Assembly: GCA_973851085.1 (NCBI GenBank)
Contig: OZ316775.1
Span: 22,692,001-22,756,000 of the forward strand
Direction of reading: 5' to 3'
DNA length: 64,000 nucleotides
From: Ptychomitrium polyphyllum
Taxonomy: Eukaryota
The stretch's first letter is position 1; each line of letters opens with the position of its first letter. Positions 39,650 to 52,100 of this stretch are shown piece by piece. The notes below the pieces were generated by a model. The model was not told the DNA's origin. It saw only the letters and a list, made by a program, of their open reading frames with translations, and did no database searches. A program made the translations under genes and the position numbers.

Positions 39650-40993
39650 TTTATGAGAGCGGTAAAGGATAAACTAATATATTCTATTTATACTACACCA
39701 CTGTCTGGTTCTATGCCAAAGATTAATTAGGGCATACTTTAATAATATCAAGATTGTAAAGACGTTTTTGAAAAGAAGAATGCAGACATGTTATCAAAGC
39801 ATCGACCTTATGATTGTACCATTGAATTGCAAGAAAGAGCCCAACCACCTTTTGGACCTATTTATAACTTATCACAAACCGAGTTGACTGCCTTAAGAGA
39901 ATATATTGATGAAAACCTTGGAAAAGGCTTCATCCAACACTCTAAATCACCTACTGGAGCACTCATCCTATTTGTAAAGAAGACAGATGGGTCCTTACGT
40001 ATGTGCGTGGACTATCGAGGCCTCAATAAAGTGATAAAAAAAATCACTATCCATTACCATTAATTTTAAGACTTGTACAACAATTTGGCCAAGCAGAGAT
40101 ATTCACCAAGATTAATCTTAGAGGAGCCTACCTTCTTGTACGCATCAAAGAAGGAGACAAATGGAAGACATCCTTTTGATCTAGGTATGGCCATCTTTAA
40201 TACAATGTCATGCCTTTTGGCCTTACTAATGCCCCTACAGTCTTCTAACATATGATGAATGATATCTTCCATATAATACTTGGACGATTTTGTAGTCATC
40301 TACTTGGATGACATCTTGATATATTCAAACAATGAATAAGACCACAAATGTCATGTGTGACAAGTCTTACACCAGCGAGGATTATATGCCAAGTTGAAAA
40401 AGTGCCTTTTCTATAAATCCTAGATTGAATTTTTATGCTACATCATCTCCAAAAGAGGAATCTATATGGATGAGAAGAAAATAAGCACTGTTTTGGAGTG
40501 GAGTACGCCAAGATCAATTCAAGATGTTTAATGCTTCTTAGAATTTGCTAACTTCTATAAGATATTCATCAAAGGCTATTCCAAAATTGCGGCACCACTG
40601 ACACAACTTACGGGGAAGCAAAAATTCACTTATAATGAAGAAGCAGAAAGTGCCTTTCAAGGTCTTAAAAAGTCATTCACGTCGGTTCCAATCTTTATTC
40701 ATTCAAATCCATAAAAGCCTTTCTATTTGGAAGCGGATGCCTTTGATTTTGCGCTTGGCCCAGTACTCTCATAATATGATGAAGACGAGAGACTCCATCC
40801 TATTGCCTTTCATTCAAGGAAGTTCTCAGCAGCAGAAATCAACTATGATATACATGATAAGGAGTTACTTGCAATTGTGGATGCATTTGAAAAATGGCGG
40901 CACTTATTGGAAGGAATTCAACATACCATCACAATATACACAAATCATAAGAATTTAGAGCACTTCATGAATGCGCGCGTTTTGAATTGCCGT

Positions 40994-42545
40994 TGTCATG
41001 ATAAAAGAGCCTTGCTTTGGGAAAACACTAGACCTTTGGCAACTATTAATCACTCAGTTAGTTGACAAGATGGTATTTACCCAGTTATTTAAGTGAAAGA
41101 GTTATTTAATTATGCTTTTTAAACTTTATAAAGATCACAACCCAAATCCAAATCATAATTACATACTGCCATCATAAACCTGTTTATAATTTTGCTCATA
41201 TTTCTTATTATAAGAGTTTAATGAACCTAATATTTTGATTCTATATTTTTAAGGCAGTTATAAATTTATGATAAACATTTCGTAACCATAGCTATTATAA
41301 GCATTGAAGACCATGCTTTCAAAGTTCTCACTTCCCACTGCCACAGCTTGTGGATCCCCTCTACTTTATTGCTTCATAACCTTTTCTTCTATCATAAGTC
41401 TAGACTTAAAACTTTATTCACACATTATTAATCTTACAATAAACACTTTATTAAAATATCAACCTTGGAAACTCCTTCAATCCTCTCTTATGGCCCAAAA
41501 TGTACAACCATAACTTTGCTATATACAGCTCTTAAAGTTTTGACTACAATTTTTCTTATATCTTCCACTATACAAGCCTTTAATTTCCAAATGTTTACAG
41601 TATCATCTTAAAGTAGTTAGGATACTACTTTTTAAAGTCTATCACCAAATTTTCAATACACAAAAAGTTATAAGCACCTAAAGCAGCTGCTCCCTAAAAT
41701 TCAAGGTTGTTGATTCAACTTTACTCAAACTAGAGCCATGATTGCATATTAATTCCAAACGGAGCATTTGATAACATTCTAAAGAATTAATAAAGAAAAA
41801 AAAAAATTCCAACAAAAATGAATTCAAATTAAGAAGTGTACTATGAGATATGGTCAAAGAAAGAGCTACTTTAAGTAACAAGTGGGAGAGACCAATAGAG
41901 AAGAAGAAGGTGGTGGTCAAACCGCCACATCCACCTCTTATCTCTCCACATCAGCCCCTAATTTCCTTTATCAAGCCCTTATCTAACCATATCTTTAAAT
42001 AAAAAACAATCTAAATCCTTTTCAGTTGTTTTTTTTTTTATTCTTTTTTTTTGTTGAAACTTCTAGATTCCAAACTACAAAGGAAGACAAAATCATTCCT
42101 TACAAATCTAAAGTGGATCACTAAAACTAAAATAAAAACAAGAAAACAAGAAAAAAATTGAAGTTTAATGAATATAAAGTCATTATTGAGGCAGAATCAA
42201 ACACCAAGCCACAAATTTGGTTGACTGGATAAAGTTCAGCTACAGAACCGGTTTGAGTTTTATTCTTGTTGGATTAATTGACTGGGATGGCAGCACTTGG
42301 CTTGGTACTGCTAATGAGAACAACAGGCAGGAAAATAACACAATCAATCGGCGCCTTCACCCTGAGCTAAATCAAGATGCAGTTCTACCTCCAAAACACT
42401 CAAAACCATAGTTTCACCACGATCCTTTTTACCTAACTTCTCTTTTCATCCTAATACTCCTTTCTAAAACACAATAAATCAAAATCCACAAAAATGATAT
42501 ATATTGAGCTAAATTTTAAGCCATATAATTATTTACAGCACAACA
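40994..42545. mobile_element. Probable long solo LTR (1552 bp) nested in element E RNase H
   Basis: TG...CA ends with a CCGT duplication on both sides; the host sequence resumes (CCGTCAAGC) right after; no coding domains inside. Confidence 0.75.
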
Positions 42546-44487
42546 CCGTCAAGCAAGGTGGAGTATGTCACTTTCCAGATTTGACTTTGTCATTTCCTAT
42601 TGATCGATAGCCTACAGGATAAGCTAGGTGCCTTATTTCAAAGATCTTATTTAGCTCCTCAACTTGGAGATGATATTTTGAATCAATAAATGATTATTTT
42701 ATTGAAGCCACAGAATCTTCAAATGAAAGCAACATTTATTACCACAACATCCCATCTCAACAAAATTTGGAGGACTTTAAAAAATGATGTATTTGTTTCA
42801 AATATGAGGAGGTGCTTCAAAAAAAACAAAGATCTTTTAAATAACAATAGAGCCTTTAAATTCTGAAAGGGCTTATTTTATTATAAAGGGCTTTTGTACC
42901 TACTTCCAGATCCTATGTGATTGAAGATGCTTCAAGCACGTCATGATTTTTCAACAGCAAGGCATTTTGGATCCAATAAAACAACAAAGTTGATTGCTAG
43001 AGACTATTGGTGGCTGCAAATGTGGAAATATGTGAAGAATTTTGTTTGATCATGCGACACTTGTGCAAAAGCCAAGGTACCAAGACACCAACCTCATGGT
43101 CTCCTCCATTTGTTTTGAGTGCCAAAGAGTCCATGGTTGTTATTGTCAATGGATTTTATCACAAACCTTCCAAACTCCAATTCTAAGGATTCTATTTTGG
43201 TAATGGTAGATTGATTTACCAAGATGGCACACTTCATTCCATGCAACAAGAGAGTAATGGGAGAAGAAACTACCAAGTTGTTCCTAAATTACGTCTACCG
43301 CATTCATGGATTACCAAATGATATTGTATCTAATTGAGGGCCGCAGTTCATTTCCAACTTTTGGAAGGTTTTATTCTAGCTGTTATGCGTGAAGATCAAC
43401 TTTTCTTCAGCACACCATTTACAGACTCATGGTCAAACCGAATGTGTGAATCAAATTTTGAAGCAGTATCTTTGTTGCAGCATAAAATACCAATAAGACA
43501 ACTGGATGGATCTCTTGCCATTGGCAAAAATTGCTTATATTAATATGATGCATTTTTCAACAATTCAAAATCCATTCTTTGCAAACTATGGCTACCATCC
43601 TCAAGTAGATCCATTTCAAATCAAGCTTGTTAAAAGTCCTGCAATAGAGGATTTTGCAACTCAACTTGCTAAAATCCATTAACAACTTGCTTTCCAATTA
43701 CAACAAGCTCAAGATTGTTACAAAACTAATGCAGATTGTCATTAGAAGGACCATCCAAAGTTCAAGGTTGGAGATAGCGTATGGTTCCTACGATGAAACA
43801 TATAAACAAAAAGGCCATTGAAGAAGCTGGACTATCAGAGGCTAGGACCGTTTGAAATTAGCAAATAGATAAATCCGGTCAGTTATTGCTTCAAACTTCT
43901 ACCAACCATGCAAATTCATCTAGTGTTCCATATATCGTTGTTGGAAACCTACAACAAGTCATGTATATCAGAAAAGGTTGTCCCTCCGCCTCTTTCGGTG
44001 GAAATCAATAATAAAATGGAATATGAAGTCAAAGAAATCTTAAATTCACGCATAAAAAATGGATATGTGGAGTACCTTACACATTGGCAAGGATATGGCA
44101 TCAATTACCAAACATGGAAACTTTCAATGAATGTAACAAATGCATCTAAGAAGGTACATGAATTTTATCAAAAATATCCTCAAAAACTAGATTAGTGGTG
44201 ACGTATTATTAATGGCCGTTAGCTATACAGAGAAGTTTTTTCCATAGACAAGTATAAGAAGGGAGGAAAGATATTCAAACCTCCAATTATATGCAGCATT
44301 ATTTCCGAAATAGATCATCTCTAGATTTTAGCTAGTATGTCAAATCTTTGTGTTATTATAGATATGCGTGAAGAGCAATTGGCCGTGCTTTCTTCAAAGA
44401 CAGCATTTGTTGAATCAACTCAACTTTCTTGACTTTCAATGTTGGAGGATCTAAGCCAAGATATGAGAGAGACATTGCAACAGTAAG

Positions 44488-46158
44488 TGTCAAATTAAAG
44501 GATCTGCCTTTAAGGCTCAAAGCACAATGATAGAGTTGGAAAACGAGGCTATCCAGTTACAGTAGGGACCATGCGACTGGACACCACAAGGAAAACGACC
44601 ATCAAATCAAGGTCTCTTATTACCTTCAAGTCCTACCTCTTGTTTTACATTTCCTATAAAAATTAAGTTGTTAAATGATGAAATAATTAGTGAGGCTCTA
44701 TTAGACACTAGTGCAACGGCATGTTTCATAGACAAGGATTTTGCAACCAAACATCACATAGTGCTTGTGAAGAAAAAATATCTCGCACCTATTGAAATTA
44801 TTGATAACAATCTCTTGCGTCTGGCAACGTTATTGAAGAAACTCAATCCTTGGAGGTTGTTTTAGGAGATCAGGCATCTAAGATTGTCTTCAACATCATT
44901 CAATGCCGAACGAATTCTATTGTCTTGGGCCTTCCTTGGTTTAAATTACATAATCCAGACATTGACTAGCGCTTACGGAGTGTGGTTTCAAAGAAAAGAC
45001 GTCAAGGTACAAGAAATCTTGAACCATCATTTTTTGGAGCTAAGGCATTTATGAAAGCGGCAAAAGATGAACCAATCTATGCCATTTATGCCACACCAAT
45101 GTCCAGCTCAACAATAGAGACTAATCAAAACATACCTCGTCAATATCAAGATTATAAAGATGTTTTTGGAAAGAAGAATGTGGACATGTTACTAAAGCAC
45201 TGGCCTTACAATTGTACCATTGAGTTGCAAGAAAGAGCCCAACCACCTTTTGAACCTATTTATAATTTATCACAAACTGAGTTGACTGCCTTGAAAGAAT
45301 ATATTGATGAAAACCTTAAAAAAGGTTTCATTCAACATTCTAAATCACCTGCTGGAGCACCCATTCTATATATAAAGAAGAAAGATGCATCATTACGTAT
45401 GTGCATGGACTATTGAGGCCTCAATAAAGTAACAAAAAAGAATCGCTATCCATTACCATTAATCTTAAGACTCCTACAACAACTTGGCCAAGCAAAGATA
45501 TTCATCAAAATTGATCTTAGAGGAGCCTACAATCTTGTACGCATCAAAGAAGGAGACGAATGGAAGACAACTTTTTGATCTAAATATGGTCATTTTGAAT
45601 ACAATGTCATGCCTTTTGGCCATACTAATGCTCCAGCAGTCTTCCAATATATGATGAATGATATCTTCCATGAACATCTGGATGATTTTGTAGTAATCCA
45701 CTTAAATGACATTTTGATATATTCAAAGGATGAACAAGACTACAAATGTCATGTGCGACTAATCGTAGAAAAATTATGCCAGCGAGGATTATATGCCAAA
45801 TTGATGAAGTGCCTTTGCCATAAATCCTCGGTTGAATTTTTAGGCTACATCATTTGCAAAAGAGGAATCCATATGAATAAGCAAAAAATAAGCAGAGTCA
45901 TGGAGTGGAGTACGCCAAGAACAATTTGAGATGTTCAATGCTTCTTGGAAGTTTCAAACTTCTACAGAATATTCATCAAGAATTATTCCTAGATTGCGGC
46001 ACCATCAACACGTCTTACGGGGAAGCAAAAATCCATTTGGGATAAAGAGGCGGAAAAAGCATTTCAAACTCTTACAAAGTCATTCACGTCGGCTCCAATT
46101 CTTATTCATCCAAATCCATAAAAGCCTTTATATTTGCAAGCGGATGCCTCAAATTTTG
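44488..46158 (+). mobile_element. 5' part of host Gypsy 'H' (end of gag, PR, RT, start of RNase H), fused to the 3' UTR of element E
   Basis: [22 protein letters not shown] and MPFGHTNAPAVFQ motifs. It stops at ...GATGCCTCAAATTTTG, exactly where the minus strand at 17200 resumes (TTTTGCGCTTGG). Confidence 0.88.
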
Positions 46159-49100
46159 TGTCGCAACCATTGTAATGCACCTTAACAAGCGTTACGCGCG
46201 TCAACCCTGTACAAACTTTCACATGCACATGGTTAACCCCCATTATCACTTTTCAAGTCTTTCTACCACTTTTTTTTAGGACACCCAATTGATTGGTAGC
46301 CAATGGTTAAGTGCGGACTTCCATTCATGTCCAAGGCCTCACTTGGTGTTACTTCCATTCTACATGGCTTAACCGCACTTAGTGGTAACAAGCGTATCCT
46401 TTGAAACGTGCTAGTTCCCTTTGTGAAACTGGCCGTCCACCGGCTCACAATGGTGTGGGAGTCCCCGTGGTGAAGCCCCATCATTAGCTCCACCAACCGG
46501 GACTCACCCTTGGTCTCTACGGGGACACTAAGGGAGTGGCAAGGGGGACCAGCCCTCCCTTATAGCACTCTTTGTAGGATTCGTCAAGCCCCGTGGCCCT
46601 CTGGAGCTGACTAAACTCCAACACACTTAGAGTTTTGGAAGACCACCCGATCTACCTTGGGACTTAACCGTTGGAAGCCTCCGGGACTCTCAGCGGACCT
46701 TCAGGGAGCCATATCTTCCTCATCCGGTGTCCGAATGTATCAAGCAACTACTCTATCGTCATCTACTCTTTGCGTAGATGCCGATTGACTCTACAAACGT
46801 CCAATTTGAGTTAGTATTGTGGGAGATACGCCTCTCCCAAGGTTTGGGACTCCCGGGGAGTCCCTCCCTGGACTGTCCCACTCCAGTACAGTCACTGAGT
46901 AGGGCTGCCACAGTCCAGAACAGCCCTTTGGCAACCCCAACTTTGAGATGCCATAACTTTTAGCTCCCTAGTCTAATTTGGACAATCTTTAGCATTCTAG
47001 AATCAGCTCTTTGTGATTCTTCCAATGCCCACCATCTATCCCTCGTGGCCCTCGGTCTACATGGGCAAGGATGTTTCTCCCCTTATGAGTCCTTTCCACG
47101 CTAGGCCCACTCGGTTCCCTCATTATCGGCGCCACAAATCCCGGATGTCACTCCGGGGTCCCCCTTGTGCCCTTAGTGTTGCGAGCACTCCTCAAGGAGA
47201 GGTGCGCGATACTCACCTCCATCTTAATGGAGTCGATGCCCTCATCGACTATACTTGTAGTTGGCACACCAATTCCAAGGTTGCCATCCTCTAGTGGTGC
47301 AGCATTGTGTTTCATCCAAGGTGCAGCCCCCACAATGCAGTCATAAATCTTTAGCAAAGTCTCAAAGGTGTCGTTTAGGAGGTGGTCTATTTAGGCACCC
47401 TAGACCAAATTCTTGGGGCCCTAAACTACTCTAGACCTACCTACTTTGAGACCCTCTTGGAATACACTCCCTAGTTAGGCTACACTGCCCTAACTCTTCC
47501 TTTTTGACTAGGCTGGACCTCAATGCTCCACCAAGTTGTCTTGGTTGCAAACCTAAGGTGGCTTTTATTCCACGACTCGATTGCACGGGGGTAATGTCAA
47601 GTTCCACCCAACCTAGATCCCACTATCTCGTTTGAGACATGGGTTTATGACTCCCATGCAAAAACTTTTGTTAGTCTGTAGGAGTGGTGCTTTTATGAGC
47701 ACGCACCATTACCTTGTCCTCGCCCGGACAAGCCCGAGACTAAGAGGTTTTATGGTTTTAACCATTCCTCCTTCCAGCCTTGGTTCCCAATACTCGGCCT
47801 TCCCAACTTGGTTTCACATGTCTATTCCCCCTCTTCTACCAATTTAGCACAAGCACAAGACTAGGACGTCATTTTATACTCTTCTCTTTGCACACACAAA
47901 AGTTGAACTTCATTGCCATAAGTCAAAGAACCAATACATGATGTGAAGAAGATACTGCTACAAGCCTCTCTCCCCCTACTAAAAGAGATTGATGTCCTCA
48001 TCAATGCCAACGTTGTCTTTTGTTGGAGTTCTTATTCCTTTCAAAGCGTTCCACCACTTCATTGGCATTTCCCAAGTCCTTGGCTGCTACCCAAGTTGCT
48101 TCCTTTTCATGGTACCCTCTCCACTTCACCAAATACTCATTTCCTATTTTCTTGTGGTGCCTACACTTGAGAATTCCTTCTACTTTGTATTCCAAGTGGT
48201 CGCCAACCAACTCTGGCGGTGGCCAAATCACTTGTTTGCGATTGGACCACAAGGTATCCTTTCTGAATGGCTTAAGCAGAGAGACATGAAATATTGGGTG
48301 CACTTTGATTTTGGATGGTAGTTCAAACTTATACACATCTTTAAACACCCGCTCCACAATAGAAAACAGCCTCGCAAACTTTGGAGTGAGGCCTTCAGGC
48401 AAGCTAAAATTCTTCACATTCAACAATACCTTTTGGCCTACTTCATACTCCACTTCACGTCTTTCGGCATTGACTTGTTTTTCGTACCGCTTTTGTGCCT
48501 TTTCCAACAAAAGCTTGGTCTTCTCCAACATTTGTTCTCGCTTTTTGGCCAAGTCCTCATCATCTTGGTTAAACTCTAGTGTTGAATGTGCACCTTCAAG
48601 AGCTAAGTCGGCAGGCTGGAGTGGCTCTACTCTATAGGCCACCTTAAATGGTGACTGCTTTGTCGCCGAATGATTGGCCGCATTGTAATTGAATTCCGCA
48701 AGGCTCACATAATCCACCCAATCGCACTGGTCCGCACTCACAAAGTTCCTCAAGTATTGGTTTAAGACTCCATTCACTTGTTCCGTTTGCCCATCCGTTT
48801 GAGGATAGAAGGCAGTGCTAAACGTCAATTTGGTTCCAACTTTCCTAAAGAAATGTTTCCAAAAAGCACTAGTGAATTTTGGATCTCGGTCCGACACAAT
48901 CACTCTCGGCAACCCGTGATGTTTCCACCATGCATCAAGGAATAGCTTTGCGGTCTCATGTGCAGTTACGGTTCCTCTAGTTGGCACCATATGCGCCAAC
49001 TTGCAAAGCGATCCACCATCACAAAGATGGCGTCATGCCCTTGCAATTCTGGAAGACTTGTAATGAAGTCCATGGACACGCTATACCATGGACCCGGCGG

Positions 49101-52100
49101 AATTGGCAAAGGTTGTAGTAGACCGGCTTGCTTTTTATAAGAGGCTCTATTGAGTTGGCACTTCACACAAGATTTTACAAAGCTAGAGATGTCCGCTTTC
49201 ATACCCGGCCAATAGTACCTTCTTGACACCGCCGCTATGGTGGTTTTTTTCCCTCTATGGCCGGCTATGGGACTATCATGTTCCTCTTTCAAAACCGACA
49301 ACCGTAGTTTTCCTTGAGGCACATACATCCGACTTTGTTTGTACTTTGAGGAATCCCTTTTCCAACTTAATTTCCTTAAGTTTTTTACCTTTCTTAAGCT
49401 CACCGAGAAGCCTTTGTGCTTTGGAGTCTTTCATGTACCCCTCTCTTATCTTCCTTTCCAAATTGCCTTCTCCCTTGTATATTACTCGCAGGACTTGGGT
49501 TGTGCCCATCGCTTGCAACTCCTCCCGCCTACTTAGAGCATCCGGCACTACATTGTCACGCCCCGGCTTGTGGATCAAATCCACATTCATGAGTGCTAAG
49601 GTGTCGTGCCACCTCAATTGCTTTGCACTCATTTGTGCTTGTGACTCAAAGTACTTCAAGGACACGTTGTCCGTGTAGACTTTGGTTTTATGTAGGCCCA
49701 AGTAGTGCCGCCATGTTTTCAAACAATGCACTACGGTAAAGAGTTCTTTCTCGTGCGTGGGCCACCTTGTTTGGCATCCATCCAACTTCTTGCTCTCATA
49801 GGCAATTGGCATGCCTTCTTGCATGAGCACTCCGCTAATGGCAAAGTCACTTGCATCCATGTAGACCTCAAAGGGCTTTTCAAACTCGGGAAACTTCAAT
49901 ACCAGCGGTTGTGACAACTTATTCTTGAGTTCTTGAAAAGCTTGGTGACAAAATCCATCCCATACTTGGCTAGCTCCTTTCTTCAACAAGTCGGACAAAG
50001 GTCTAGAAATTTTGGAGAAGTTGTGTATGAACCTCTTGTAATAATTTGCTAGGCCGAGAAATGATCTCAGCCCCTTTTGTGTAGAAGGTTGCTTTTACTC
50101 TCTAATTGCCTTTATCTTCCTTATGTCCGGCTTGATTCCATCATTCGTCACTATATGGCCCAAGAACTCAATCTCAAGTTGAGCAAACTCACTCTTTTCT
50201 CCGTTGGCATAAAGTTTGTGGTCCCTGAGTTTTTGAAGCACCACTTTGAGGTGCCTTGCATGTTCTTCCGCCGACTTGGAGTACACCAAGATATCATCAA
50301 TATAGATAATGACAAAGTCATCCATCTCTTCTCGAAAGATGGTATTCATGAGGGTTGTGAACGTCGAAGGAGCATTACACAACCCGAATGGCATCACCAA
50401 AAATTCATAGGACCCATACCTAGTGCGGCATGCGGTCTTTGGCACATCTTCATCCGCAATGCGGATTTGATAGTAGCCCGACTTCAAGTCTATCCGACTA
50501 AAGTATTTAGCTCTCGCCAATCTATCAAAGAGGTCATCAATTCGAGGCAAAGGATAGTTGTTCTTGATAGTGGCTTTATTCAAGGCTCTATAGTCGACAC
50601 ACATGCGGAGCTTGCTATCTTTTTTGTCCACGAAGAGGACCGGTGCTCCATTTGGCGACTTACTTGGCCTAACATAGCCTCTTTCCAACAAGTCATTCAA
50701 TTGCTTCTTCAATTCCTCTAGCTCTTTTTGGTTCAACCGGTATGGAGCCTTTGAAGGGGGCACTGTTCCCGATATCATCTCAATTTTGTGATCCACTTCT
50801 CTTTTTGGCGGTGACTTTGCGGGCTGCTCATTGGTGAGCACATCCTTGTAACCACTTAGTACATTTTAAATGCACTTGGAAATAGTCCTAATCTCCTTGG
50901 CACTTGGCCTATTCCCCTCTTCTTGCTCCATTCGCATGACAACCACAAATTGGTTATTTTCTAATTGTTCTAAGGAGACTAAGTTCAACTTTCCTCCCGC
51001 AACCATAAGAGTCCTAGTCAACTTCAATATTGTCTCCTTTCCATCACAGCACACTAGTAACCGTGCTGGCTTTTGCTTCACATCCACCACATGAGTTTCG
51101 AAAAAAGTATCACCTAAAATGAAGTCTACCTCATCCATCTCACATAGTGTAAAACTTTCTTTCAACTCCAATGTCCCACTACTTAAGGCCACATCCAACA
51201 CCACCTCTTTTGTCTCGTACGATTTGCCTTTTGCAAATCGCACGTTGATGGGCTTGCTAGTTTTTTGAGCCGACAAGCCCAACTCCCTTGCTAGCTTGGG
51301 ACTCATGAAGGAGTGCGTTGCCCTTGTGTCAATCAAACATGAGACATTTTTGCCATTTATTTGGGCCTCAAGGTATAAGATACTCGACCTTGGCTTAAGG
51401 CTACTAGCCTTGGCCACAAATCCACCTTCTAAAATGTGATCCACAACACAAGTGTGACAAGCTTTGGTACTCACCTTTTTATCGGGGCACTCCGCAATGA
51501 AGTGACCAATCTTGCCACACCCGTGGCAACGCTTGTGCTTCACCTCAGCACTCTTATCTCCCAATTTGAATGGTTTTCTCTCATGATGGTCCACTTTGTT
51601 GTAGGCCCTTCCATCTACTTGTCCCTTGTGTTTGTTTCCAAAGCCAAATTTCTTGCGTTCTCCGCCGCGAGATACATTTCGGCTCAATCCACGTTGTTGA
51701 GAGGGACCACTTGATTTTCTTTCGGGTCCGTCAGCTTCAATTCTTTTCGCGATCTTAATGATTCCCGCCACGTCCTCCGGAAGCTTTGGGAATTTAAACA
51801 AGGCGTCCACCACCCACTTTTGAAGCCCACCCAAAAAGATGCATTTCTTTGAAAACTCATCCATTTTGAATGTGGCATTCATTTGGGCGTTGAAATCTTG
51901 CACATAAGTCTTGAGAAACCCGGTGTGCTTCATTTGCACCAAGTTCATGCCCTCCCTCAACTCTTGGTATTCCGGAGTGAAGCGTTCACTCAAAATCTCT
52001 TTAAAACCGATCCAAGACAAAGTCGCCACCAACTCCGACTCTTGCTCCTTTCTACTTGTCCACCATTGAAGAGCACGGTCTTTCAAAAAGGTCACCGCAA

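Larger units (their letters stand above)
35671..44487 (+). mobile_element. Degenerate Gypsy chromovirus 'E' (5' LTR ~35671-36179, gag-pol-chromodomain, partial 3' UTR) carrying three nested solo LTRs; 3' LTR missing
   Basis: The LTR matches the reverse complement of 14060-14672. RT ([22 protein letters not shown]), RNase H, integrase and chromodomain (43908-44195) occur in order. Confidence 0.85.
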
